DNA from: Afipia sp. 64-13
GTDB taxonomy: Bacteria; Pseudomonadota; Alphaproteobacteria; Rhizobiales; Xanthobacteraceae
Length of the DNA stretch: 64,000 bases
Assembly: GCA_001897755.1 (NCBI GenBank)
Contig: MKUJ01000003.1
Span: 298,370 to 362,369 of the forward strand
Direction: 5' to 3'
This document shows, piece by piece, positions 28,011-37,024 of this stretch. The notes beneath the pieces were generated by a model, which made no database searches, was not told where the DNA came from, and was given only the letters and a program-made list of their open reading frames with translations. Position numbers and translations under genes: made by a program. The number at the start of each line of letters is the position of its first letter. Position 1 is the stretch's first letter.

Positions 28011-29750
28011 TCAACTACGAGTTGGGTATCGCCATTCAAATTCCGCGTCATCCCATGCTGCCAAGGGCTGAAGATTTGGCACCCACGCCAAGCCACTTTT
28101 GCTATCCGAAGATTCTGCATCGGTCGTAATTACCACGTCAATCAATGCAGGCCGGTTAGCGAGGGCTCGAGCAAATGAGGCCGCCAGTTCCTCCACCCGA
28201 GTTACGCGTTGTGCGTACATTCCAAATGCGCGCGCCATCGCTGCATAATCTACATTCTGCAATTTGGTGCCGACTATCTTGCCATACGTCTTTCTCTGAT
28301 CATCGACTTCGATCTGCCAAGCACTGTTGTTGGCAACCACGATAACCACCTTGGCGCCGTGACGAACCGCGGTATCGACTTCAATTGCGTTAAATCCAAA
28401 CGATCCGTCTCCAGTCACGACGAATACCGTGGCATCAGGCCGCGCAAGGCTAGCCGCAACTCCATACGGAACCCCGACCCCTATGCAGCCGAAAGGACCC
28501 GGATCGAGTACCATCGACGCTGAAATTGCCACCCTCGCAAAGGACAGAAAATCACCACCGTCAATGGCGACAATTGAACGCTGGTCAATATGGTTCTGAA
28601 GTTCGCTCAAGAGCCTATTCGGGTGTATAGCCCCATCGGCACCGTTCGGAGCTGATGCAATTCTTTGCACAAAGGCGTCGGCTTTTTCGCGATGTTTGCT
28701 TTTGATAAAGCCAATCCATTCTTGATCGACCGAGGACTTCCGGTCTCCCGCGTGCCGAACGAGAGCACCCAAGCTTTCGCTGATTGTTCCAAACAATTCT
28801 ACGTCTCCGCGTCGGTTATCGCGAATCTCCAGCGCGCAATCACTGATCCGCAGGAAACGAGCATCTTTAAATATCGCGGGAGATCCGAAGGCCAATTGGA
28901 AATCGAGCCGCCGCCCAACGGTTACAATAACGTCGGCCGAGCTCATAACGGCGCCACGCATTGACGCTACCGTTGAAGGGTGATCATCAGGAACGACGCC
29001 GCGGCTCTCCCCGGTGTCAAGATGAACCGCGTCAAGACGCTCAAGCAGCGCCAGAAGCTCCTTTGCAGCCGCGCGAGCGCCACGACCGCTGATAAATACA
29101 GGACGTTTCGCCTCCCAGAGCATATCCACAGCGGATGCGACATCGCATCGGCTTGGCTGGAACACCCGCCTTGATCGGGGCTTGAAATACTCTTGCATCT
29201 GCATGGCCGACGGAACTCGAGCGCGGAGCACGTCCGTGGGAAAGTCGAGGTACGCCGGTCCAGGCTCACTTCCATCGCCGAGTGCTGATGATATCGCATC
29301 GTCCAAAAATTTGGGGATCATTGCCGGATCGAATACCGTTCTTGCGTACCGCGTTATCGGACGGACGAGTTGGACGTGATCCAGATCCTGTAGCGCCCCA
29401 CGTCCCATCTGGGGGATGGGCGGCGTTCCGGAAAGAATAAGAACTGAAGCTCGAGAAACGTCCGCATTAGCGATTCCCGTAATCGCGTTCGTCAAACCTG
29501 GTCCCGCCGTAACCAGCGCGACACCAATTTCTCCAGTAACTTCGGCGTGCGCCTGCGCCATATGTACGGCCGCGCGCTCATCTCGCACGTCGATGATTTC
29601 GATTTTTTCTCGGTCCACGCTCATCCAAATGGGCATGATGTGACCGCCGCAAAGCGAGAAAATTCGCTTGATCCCGCGCTCCTTCAGAAACCGTGCAATA
29701 ATTTCGGCACCACAATTGTCGGTCAACTGCATCGAAGATCTTTCCGACAT
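28011..29750 (-). CDS. Thiamine-diphosphate-dependent enzyme of the acetolactate synthase / oxalyl-CoA decarboxylase / 2-hydroxyacyl-CoA lyase superfamily
   Basis: The likely start MSERSS at 29750 has a GAGAGG SD; the track ORF extends to 29915. It has the N-terminal Pyr domain (...TAGPGLTNAITGIANA...) and the ThDP motif GDGSFGFNAIEVDT...NN. Confidence 0.85.
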   Translation of the reverse strand: MSERSSMQLTDNCGAEIIARFLKERGIKRIFSLCGGHIMPIWMSVDREKIEIIDVRDERAAVHMAQAHAEVTGEIGVALVTAGPGLTNAITGIANADVSRASVLILSGTPPIPQMGRGALQDLDHVQLVRPITRYARTVFDPAMIPKFLDDAISSALGDGSEPGPAYLDFPTDVLRARVPSAMQMQEYFKPRSRRVFQPSRCDVASAVDMLWEAKRPVFISGRGARAAAKELLALLERLDAVHLDTGESRGVVPDDHPSTVASMRGAVMSSADVIVTVGRRLDFQLAFGSPAIFKDARFLRISDCALEIRDNRRGDVELFGTISESLGALVRHAGDRKSSVDQEWIGFIKSKHREKADAFVQRIASAPNGADGAIHPNRLLSELQNHIDQRSIVAIDGGDFLSFARVAISASMVLDPGPFGCIGVGVPYGVAASLARPDATVFVVTGDGSFGFNAIEVDTAVRHGAKVVIVVANNSAWQIEVDDQRKTYGKIVGTKLQNVDYAAMARAFGMYAQRVTRVEELAASFARALANRPALIDVVITTDAESSDSKSGLAWVPNLQPLAAWDDAEFEWRYPTRS

Positions 29751-29802
29751 TCTCACCTCTCTTCTGATTTGGAGAAGATTGACAAAATCGTCTCGGCAAA
29801 CA

Positions 29803-30561
29803 TTACGCTGGTAAATAGAAAGGAATATCGTTCTTCTTTCCGCTGACGACTTCGACGCGATAAGCTTCCCGAATATTTCGAGGCGACAAGACTTTGTCGC
29901 TCCGTCCCTGCGCAATTATAGTTCCGCCGGAAATCAGAATGAGCTTCTGACAGAATCGGGCAGCCATGGACAAATCATGGAGAACAACAGCAACAGCATT
30001 CTGTTGACTGGCGTATCTTCGAAGCAAGCTCATCACCATCAACTGGTGCCGTGGATCAAGTGCCGCTATTGGTTCGTCCGCCAATAACAGCGGAGCTTCG
30101 GCACAGATCGCCCGAGCCAGCATGATCCGCATGCGCTCACCCCCTGAAAGCTGCGCAACTGTTTTAGATGCGAAGACAGTTGTGTCTGTGAGTTTCATTG
30201 CACGAGCGACCGCCGTTTCGTCGTCTTCGCTCAGCCAATGGAACATCCTGCGATGCGGCAAGCGGCCGAGCTCCACAAGCGTTCTCGTATTGAGCGGCCA
30301 ATGTGACGTTCCATCTTGTTCAAGGTACGACACCAACTTTGAAAGCGTGCGGGCACCGAGATCAGCCGCGGCTTTCCCATCATACGTGATTTCACCCGCG
30401 CTCGGCGCCCGTAGATTTGCAAGCATACGGAACAGGGTCGATTTACCCGAACCATTGGGTCCGACCAGACCAACGAGTTCTCCGCGATCGACCCTAAATG
30501 TAATTCCGCTGAGGAGCGTCTTCCCACCCAAGTCAACAGCAACATCTTTCACGTGCAACAT
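29803..30561 (-). CDS. ABC transporter ATP-binding protein, FecE/BtuD (iron-siderophore/cobalamin) type
   Basis: 252 aa with Walker A GPNGSGKST, signature LSGGERMR and Walker B LLLADEP. Confidence 0.85.
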   Translation of the reverse strand: MLHVKDVAVDLGGKTLLSGITFRVDRGELVGLVGPNGSGKSTLFRMLANLRAPSAGEITYDGKAAADLGARTLSKLVSYLEQDGTSHWPLNTRTLVELGRLPHRRMFHWLSEDDETAVARAMKLTDTTVFASKTVAQLSGGERMRIMLARAICAEAPLLLADEPIAALDPRHQLMVMSLLRRYASQQNAVAVVLHDLSMAARFCQKLILISGGTIIAQGRSDKVLSPRNIREAYRVEVVSGKKNDIPFYLPA

Positions 30562-30563
30562 CG

Positions 30564-31589
30564 TTAAGACCTCGGTCTGGCCTTGCTGATGAGGCTGAGA
30601 AAGAAGGGTGCCCCTATAAGCGCCGTAACGACGCCAAGTTTCAGTTCAGGAACGATCGGCAGAAGCCGAACGAGAATATCCGCCAAAAGCGTGAAGCACG
30701 CTCCACCCAAACCACTTATCAGGAGAAGGCGACTCGGCTGATGTCCCACCAACGGTCGCAATAGATGAGGCACCACCAAACCGATAAATCCGACCGACCC
30801 ACTCGCCGCTACAGAACTGCCTACCGCAAGGGCGGTCCCGAGAATGACCAGCATGCGCAATTGACCAACATCGAAGCCGAGGCTTCTCGCGGTATCCTCA
30901 CCGAGGGAGAGGCCATCGAGTCCCTTTCCGGAAGCCAGCAGTAACGCCCAGCCCAGAGCCATCAGCGGTGCAACGAGCCAAACATATTGCAAGCTCCGAT
31001 CTGCAAGCGAGCCCAATAGCCAAAACACGATCTCAGTCGCCGCATATGGATTAGGCGATAAGTTGAGCGCTAAGGCTGTGAGCGCGCCAGGAAAGCTGCT
31101 CACCGCCACTCCAGCAAGTACGATGGTCGTGTTGTCTGCTCCGCGACCACTCGCAACTTTCAGCAAGACAGTCGCAATAATCGCACCGATCACCCCACCT
31201 AACGGGAGGGCAAGCGGGATGAGTTCGGAGAGGCCGAAATAGAATACGACGACTACGCCAAACGCCGCTGCACCGGTAACACCGGTTATACCTGGTTCAG
31301 CCAATGGATTTTGCAGCATGCCCTGCATAGCAGCTCCCGCAATTCCCAAGCTAAATCCAACCAACGCCCCCAAGAGGGCGCGAGGGATTCTTAGCTCTAG
31401 AAGAACGATAGCCGCGAGACTCCCCTTCCCGGTAATGACGTCGTTTAGCGCGACTCCAAAATCGAGTGGGGCATACCCTATTCCCATTGAAACGGCACAG
31501 AGGATGATTACGCCAGCGGCCAGCGCTGCTGCAAAATTGCGTTGCTGCGTGCCGTAAATTTGCCTGTCAAGCAGCAACTCCTTATTCAT
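30564..31589 (-). CDS. FecCD/BtuC-family ABC permease
   Basis: 341 aa with about 9-10 TM helices and a typical FecCD sequence (...LRIPRALLGALVG...GAPFFL...). Confidence 0.85.
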   Translation of the reverse strand: MNKELLLDRQIYGTQQRNFAAALAAGVIILCAVSMGIGYAPLDFGVALNDVITGKGSLAAIVLLELRIPRALLGALVGFSLGIAGAAMQGMLQNPLAEPGITGVTGAAAFGVVVVFYFGLSELIPLALPLGGVIGAIIATVLLKVASGRGADNTTIVLAGVAVSSFPGALTALALNLSPNPYAATEIVFWLLGSLADRSLQYVWLVAPLMALGWALLLASGKGLDGLSLGEDTARSLGFDVGQLRMLVILGTALAVGSSVAASGSVGFIGLVVPHLLRPLVGHQPSRLLLISGLGGACFTLLADILVRLLPIVPELKLGVVTALIGAPFFLSLISKARPRS

Positions 31590-32457
31590 GCTGACGGCTT
31601 CTCCTAAGTTCGTTGGCCGTAGCGTCCAATATCGTGGCAGCCTCCGCCAGACCGAAACCAGGACAACTCCAAAGCCGAGATGGGATAATTACGACACGTA
31701 TTCTCTCCGACAATCGCAAGAGCGCTCGGTGGCCTAGAATCTGCGAGGCGAGAGACGGCTTGGACTCTTCAGCCGATTCAATGATGAGCACATCTGGTGG
31801 CTCACTGAGCAGAACCTCCAGCGGCACATGATGATAGGCTCCAAACGATCTCCCTGCTGCCAAATTGGCAAAACCTGATCTTTGTATAACATCGTCCACG
31901 AGCGTTCCCGGCCCAGCCGTGAAGCCATTTGGGCTAAAGACGATCGCTGTTGGACGGCTGCGCTCCGGCAAAACCGATATATCTGCGAGGCGCCGGTCAA
32001 GTCGCCCTATGAGTTCATTTCCGCGCTCAACTTCCCCAACGGCCCCGGCAATCTCTCTTATCTGACGACGCGCGTCCTCAATGCTGCTGATCGGCGGCAG
32101 TTCCAAGATGGGAATGCCAGCCCTTTTGATCATTGAGGTGGCGATCGGCGTCGTGACTGTCCCCGCCACGACCAGATCGGGCGCAAGCGGTATAACTTCA
32201 GCCGCAAGACCATGATTGGATGGAATACTTCTGGCAAGCGCGACGACATCGGATTCCGACGGCTCTTTCGCCAGCCAGGTTACAGATAGAACGCGCTTCG
32301 GATCCGCGATCTGTAGAACTAGCTGATCGGTACAAATGTTGAGCGAGACAATTCGCTGCGGTCTCTGATCGATACGCGATAACGTGTCTGACTGCGCGTG
32401 TCCCGAAGCGATCAATAGCAGAAACGTCAAGATCGAAATGTCACGATGCCACATCAT
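31582..32457 (-). CDS. Periplasmic binding protein, BtuF/FecB class (cluster A/8 type)
   Basis: The likely start MMWHRDISILTFLLLIASGHAQS at 32457 gives a signal peptide; the track ORF extends to 32568. It has RIVSLN...TDQL-type motifs and overlaps the permease gene by 8 nt. Confidence 0.75.
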   Translation of the reverse strand: MMWHRDISILTFLLLIASGHAQSDTLSRIDQRPQRIVSLNICTDQLVLQIADPKRVLSVTWLAKEPSESDVVALARSIPSNHGLAAEVIPLAPDLVVAGTVTTPIATSMIKRAGIPILELPPISSIEDARRQIREIAGAVGEVERGNELIGRLDRRLADISVLPERSRPTAIVFSPNGFTAGPGTLVDDVIQRSGFANLAAGRSFGAYHHVPLEVLLSEPPDVLIIESAEESKPSLASQILGHRALLRLSERIRVVIIPSRLWSCPGFGLAEAATILDATANELRRSRQHE

Positions 32458-32580
32458 CGCCAATCGCCGACTGCTAATCAGTTCGAAAAAGACCCTCGCT
32501 GCACCGGAGCGTAGCGAGATAACGCGGGAGAAAACGGGTGCTTGGAATGGATTCTTGCATGCGGACAAACCGATCTAGTT

Positions 32581-32841
32581 CTATGCTGTACGAAGCTTGG
32601 TAAGAAATTTTCGAGGTTTAAACGTATCGCCGCAGCAAGTGCTCCAACATCCTCTGCGGAGGCGCGCACGAGGCCCGCCAGCCGCTTGCTTCTCGTGATA
32701 AGTGACAATTGAGATCGCCGTCGCGACCTGGTTACGAAGGGCGACACTACGTTCGTTGTTTAGCGTGCCGCGGAGAGCGACGAGATGAACAACGAACGCA
32801 GCACCGGCGATCAGGACAGTGATGGCGACCAAGATTCCCAA
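32581..32841 (-). pseudogene. Possible N-terminal remnant of a membrane sensor / chemoreceptor (TM helix + start of a periplasmic single-Cache-like domain)
   Basis: The 86-aa ORF starts with a TM helix (GILVAITVLIAGAAFVV) then reads ...VATAISIVTYHEKQAAGG, reminiscent of sCache_2 sensors. The reading frame then degenerates and a neighbouring frame continues. Weak call. Confidence 0.3.
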
Positions 32842-32881
32842 GCGCTGAGGGATCGTAAGCGCGGGAATCTTGCTACTCTCC

Positions 32882-34183
32882 TCAGCGATTTACGACGCGA
32901 GACGGGTTCGCGAAGACCAGCGCCGCACCGACAATCAATGCGCCAGCGAGCACTATGACGCCGATATTCGTACTCCCGGTGAAATCCTTAATCCAACCCA
33001 AGAGATAAGGACTGATGAAGCCGGCGACACTGCCAACGGAGTTTGCCAGCGCCAATCCCATTGCGGCCGCAGGACCACTTAGAATGGCTGGCGGCAGCGT
33101 ATAGAATTGCGGAATGCACGTTAGAACGCCGGCGGCTGCGACCGTAAGAGCGGCAAGCGCGAGTGTTGTGTTCTGCGCATATAGAACACTGAGCACAAGC
33201 CCGGCGGCACCAACAACTGCCGGAAGCGCAAGATGCCAGCGCCGCTCTTGGAAATGGTCTGAGCTGCGCCCAATCAGATACATGGCGATCAGTGCGCCGG
33301 CGTAGGGAATGGCAGTTAGCAGACCGACATCGAGCGGATCCTTTACACCCGTCGCCTTGATAATGCTCGGCAGCCAGAAGCTCAGGCCGTACAGACCCAT
33401 TGTAAAGAAGAAGTATGTAAAGCTGAGCAACCAAACCCGGCCATTTGTCCATCCGTCACGCATGGAGTGCAACGGCTTGTCCTTTGCTTCGCGCGCTACA
33501 TCCGATTTGATCTGCTCTTTCTCCGCTGCGCTCAGCCACCTCGCCTCATCGATGGTATTATTCAGAAAGAGTAAGCACACGATGCCAAGAATAACCGCGG
33601 GGATTGCCTCAAGAAGAAACATCCATTGCCAACCAGCATGTCCCCACAAGCCATCCATGGCACTCATGATATAGCCGGAGAGCGGGCCACCGATCATGCC
33701 CGACAACGGAATGCCGGCCAGAAACAAAGCGGACGCCTTGCCGCGATGCGAGGAGGGAAACCAGATCGTCAAATAGTAGAGAATGGCGGGAATGAAACCG
33801 GCTTCTGCCGCTCCCAACAAGAACCGCAATATATAGAATGTTGCGGGAGATGTGACATACATCGTGAGGGCGGAAATGATGCCCCATGTAATCATGATGC
33901 GAGCGATCCAGAGCCGGGGACCAACCCGAACGAGAATCAAATTACTCGGGATCTCAAAGATGACGTATCCTACGAAGAAGATACCCGCTCCCAAGCCGTA
34001 GATCGTCTCTGAGAACTTCAGATCGTTAAGCATCTGCAACTTTGCAAAGCCGACGTTCACGCGATCCAGATACGCGACGACGTAGCAAAGGAGCAGAAAC
34101 GGAATTAAACGCCGGATGAGCTTCGCGTAGACAATTGTCCGACTTTCCTCTTTTGTCGCTTGATCGATAGCCACATTAGTCAA
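32882..34183 (-). CDS. MFS transporter, anion:cation symporter (tartrate/phthalate-type) family; candidate organic-acid (2-hydroxyisobutyrate) importer
   Basis: 433 aa with 12 TM helices and an N-terminal LDRVNVGFAKLQM motif typical of ACS-family carboxylate permeases. Confidence 0.85.
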   Translation of the reverse strand: MTNVAIDQATKEESRTIVYAKLIRRLIPFLLLCYVVAYLDRVNVGFAKLQMLNDLKFSETIYGLGAGIFFVGYVIFEIPSNLILVRVGPRLWIARIMITWGIISALTMYVTSPATFYILRFLLGAAEAGFIPAILYYLTIWFPSSHRGKASALFLAGIPLSGMIGGPLSGYIMSAMDGLWGHAGWQWMFLLEAIPAVILGIVCLLFLNNTIDEARWLSAAEKEQIKSDVAREAKDKPLHSMRDGWTNGRVWLLSFTYFFFTMGLYGLSFWLPSIIKATGVKDPLDVGLLTAIPYAGALIAMYLIGRSSDHFQERRWHLALPAVVGAAGLVLSVLYAQNTTLALAALTVAAAGVLTCIPQFYTLPPAILSGPAAAMGLALANSVGSVAGFISPYLLGWIKDFTGSTNIGVIVLAGALIVGAALVFANPSRVVNR

Positions 34184-34200
34184 TTCAGCCTCCCCTTATT

Positions 34201-35100
34201 TTAGCGCAGCGGCACGGGTGCACCGCTGGCGTAATCGTAGAATCCCCTCCCTGTTTTCACGCCGAGCCAGCCGGCTTCCACATGCTTCACGAGCAGTGGG
34301 CACGGTCTATATTTTGAATCGGCAAGTCCTTCATGAAGCACCTGCATGATCGAAAGGCAGGTATCGAGTCCGATAAAATCAGCCAATTGAAGCGGGCCCA
34401 TTGGATGGTTGGCGCCCAGGCGCAACGAATCGTCGATGGATTGAATGGAGCCAACGCCCTCGTAAAGGGCGTATACAGCCTCATTGATCATCGGGATCAG
34501 CACCCGATTCACAATGAATCCTGGGTAATCCTCCGACGTGGTGATAAGTTTGCCGAGCGCAGCAACAAATTTCGCGGTCGCGTCATACGTTGTTTGGTCT
34601 GTTGCAAGGCCCCGAATAACCTCAACCAACTTCATGGTTGGCACGGGGTTCATGAAATGAATGCCGATGAAACGTTGCGGGCGGTCCGTCGCCGTCGCAA
34701 GACGGGTGATTGAAATTGACGATGTATTGGTAGCCAACACTGTTGTCGGATTCAGAAACGGATAAACCCCACCGAATATCTTTCTCTTTGTCGCTTCGTC
34801 CTCGGTAGCAGCCTCAATCACCAGATCACATTGTTCGAATGCACGAAGTTTCGGCGTGGAAACTATTGCCGACAACAGCTTGTCAACTTGTTCGTCGGTT
34901 ATTTTTCCCGCATCGCGACGCTTCTGTAAGGACTTCGTGATGCGACCGATTCCGCTGTTGATCTTTTCATCCGAAACATCGTTGAGGTAGACCCTCAACC
35001 CAGCGGCAGCACAGACTTGCGCAATGCCCGATCCCATTTGGCCCGCGCCAATGATTCCGATAGACTGAAATCCGCTAGCTATCTCTGCGCCCATGGTCAT
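34201..35100 (-). CDS. 3-hydroxybutyryl-CoA dehydrogenase
   Basis: 299 aa with the Rossmann motif IIGAGQMGSGIA, the NTSSISIT and HFMNPVP motifs and a C-terminal dimerisation domain. Confidence 0.85.
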   Translation of the reverse strand: MTMGAEIASGFQSIGIIGAGQMGSGIAQVCAAAGLRVYLNDVSDEKINSGIGRITKSLQKRRDAGKITDEQVDKLLSAIVSTPKLRAFEQCDLVIEAATEDEATKRKIFGGVYPFLNPTTVLATNTSSISITRLATATDRPQRFIGIHFMNPVPTMKLVEVIRGLATDQTTYDATAKFVAALGKLITTSEDYPGFIVNRVLIPMINEAVYALYEGVGSIQSIDDSLRLGANHPMGPLQLADFIGLDTCLSIMQVLHEGLADSKYRPCPLLVKHVEAGWLGVKTGRGFYDYASGAPVPLR

Positions 35101-35702
35101 TTCTGCTGATTAGAGCTGCCGAGGCTCTTTCCTCGCTCCCACATCACGTCGGGCACTCCGTTCGTGCGGTTCTCGATGCGTGAAACGACAAAGAGCAGAT
35201 CTGAAAGGCGGTTGAGATAGCTAAGGCCGCATTCGAACGAGTTGCCATGCACCTGTTGAAGTCCCTCGCCCCCGCGGTCCAATTCACTCAGTGTGAACAA
35301 GCCGCGCTCCGCTCGACGACAAACAGTCCGCGCGACATGAGCGAAAGCCGCGGAAGGTGAACCGCCAGGCAAGATGAACTCTTTGAGCATACTCAAGTCA
35401 GCGTTCAGTTTCTGGATCGTCTCATCAAGTCGCGAGACGTGAGACTCAGAAAGAAGCGGCGTGCCGGGTACGCTGAGCTGTGCGCCCAAGTCAAACAGGT
35501 CGTGCTGCACATGAATGAATGCGCCTTTGACTTCCGGCGATTGCGCGAAGGACAGAACCGCACCGATCCAGCTATTCAATTCATCAATCGAACCGAGATT
35601 CTCGATGGTAGGGTTATTCTTTTCGACCCTGACCCCATTGCCGAGACTTGTTTGTCCCTTGTCGCCCGTACGAGTGACGATACGTGAGAGCCGGTGACCC
35701 AT
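35097..35702 (-). CDS. PduO-type ATP:cob(I)alamin adenosyltransferase
   Basis: 201 aa. The N-terminus ...IVTRTGDKGQTSL is the PduO/MMAB signature. It overlaps the hbd-like gene by 4 nt. Confidence 0.85.
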   Translation of the reverse strand: MGHRLSRIVTRTGDKGQTSLGNGVRVEKNNPTIENLGSIDELNSWIGAVLSFAQSPEVKGAFIHVQHDLFDLGAQLSVPGTPLLSESHVSRLDETIQKLNADLSMLKEFILPGGSPSAAFAHVARTVCRRAERGLFTLSELDRGGEGLQQVHGNSFECGLSYLNRLSDLLFVVSRIENRTNGVPDVMWERGKSLGSSNQQK

Positions 35703-35704
35703 GT

Positions 35705-37024
35705 CTAAACCCTCTCCTGTTGCAAGGACCGATACTCGCGCGCATAAGCACAGTATGTTGTGACGATCGATTGCATCATTGCTCGTCGCTGGTCATCAAG
35801 CTTCGAGATTGGCTTCGCGGGGCGGCCGGCATACAGCCACCCGGCATCCAGGCGCTGCCCGGCGAATGTCGTCGAACCCGCAGCGAGTAACACATCATCA
35901 TCAATATGGACGTTCGCGCTAATTAGACTGCCAATTCCAATGAGACATCGACTTCCGATACGGGAGTCCTCAATGGTCACATTGTGCCCAATAGTTGTGT
36001 CCTGCCCGATGATGACGCCATCACGACGTGCGACAATCGTCGTGTTGTCCTGAATATTTGTATTGTTGCGGACGACGATCGATCCATGGCCGGCATTAAG
36101 CTCACAAGAAAAGAAAACGCTTGCTTGATCGCGTAGATCGACATGCCCTGTTATAGAAGCGGTAGATGCAACAAAGTTGGACGCACTGCGGCCAGCTCGG
36201 TTTGGGATAGCGCTAAATAGTGCCGCAACGATATCGCGTTCAATTTTTGCCGCGCGCTCATTGGCTTCCGCTTGGGACTGCTGTCGAATAATAACGGCCG
36301 GATTTCCACCATAGACATAACCGGAAAGCAGTTTCGAACGCGGATAAACTGTTGAGCCTGCCTCGATCAGGACGTTATTCTCAACCTCAGAGCCATCCAA
36401 AATAGTGACGTTATCTTCAATTATACAGTCATCCCCGACCGTGCAGGCGTGAACGACAGCGTTCCTTCCCACGCGAACGCGATTACCGATCCGCGTCGGA
36501 TAAACCTCGTGCGCGATATGAACAGTCGCCCGCTCCCCGAGAAAGAAATCATCTCCAATATCGACAAAATGACCGTCAGCTCGGATGACTGATAGCGGCG
36601 CAAGCGTCGCATGCGATCCCAGCGTCACCTTCCCGAGCACACTTGAACCGGGTCCAGCGTAACGTGGGTTCGTCCTAAGAGCCGGGGAAATACCCTCATA
36701 AGGGAGAATGTAAGGAGGCAACGACCCTTTTTCTTGGAGCATATCGGTGGGCTTTCTGTCTAAGAGAGCGCGGCAAGTCGCCTCACTAGCAATGCGAAAG
36801 ACTTCTGACGGATGCAGATGTCGCGCAACCTGCAACGCGGCGCGACTAAGCGGCTCAAGACCTTCAACGCCCAACGCTCGTGCCGTAAAATAGCGACATA
36901 AGCCGAGGCGCCTATGGCCGACTGACAGGCTATGAGCCAGCAAAGATTTCAACGCCTCGGTATCGCCGTCCCGCACTGCGCGCCTGAGTCCCTTCACGTC
37001 TTTGCGCGATCGCTGCATGATCAA
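35705..37024 (-). CDS. Protein with two tandem left-handed beta-helix (gamma-carbonic-anhydrase / PaaY / CaiE-like) domains after a ~110-aa unknown N-terminal region
   Basis: 439 aa with two blocks of hexapeptide repeats (…IGNRVRVGRNAVVHACTVGDDCIIEDNV…; …IGHNVTIEDSRIGSRCLIGIGSLI…). Its start abuts the hcmA stop. Confidence 0.75.
   Translation of the reverse strand: MIMQRSRKDVKGLRRAVRDGDTEALKSLLAHSLSVGHRRLGLCRYFTARALGVEGLEPLSRAALQVARHLHPSEVFRIASEATCRALLDRKPTDMLQEKGSLPPYILPYEGISPALRTNPRYAGPGSSVLGKVTLGSHATLAPLSVIRADGHFVDIGDDFFLGERATVHIAHEVYPTRIGNRVRVGRNAVVHACTVGDDCIIEDNVTILDGSEVENNVLIEAGSTVYPRSKLLSGYVYGGNPAVIIRQQSQAEANERAAKIERDIVAALFSAIPNRAGRSASNFVASTASITGHVDLRDQASVFFSCELNAGHGSIVVRNNTNIQDNTTIVARRDGVIIGQDTTIGHNVTIEDSRIGSRCLIGIGSLISANVHIDDDVLLAAGSTTFAGQRLDAGWLYAGRPAKPISKLDDQRRAMMQSIVTTYCAYAREYRSLQQERV

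Noticed and set aside
32458-32880. Searched for a cobalamin riboswitch upstream of the BtuF-like gene, and also in the hcmB leader (41553-41644).
   Set aside because: I saw no B12 box or conserved GCCACTG-type core and no obvious multi-stem junction. It cannot be excluded without a covariance-model scan, so it is listed only as a check in the findings.
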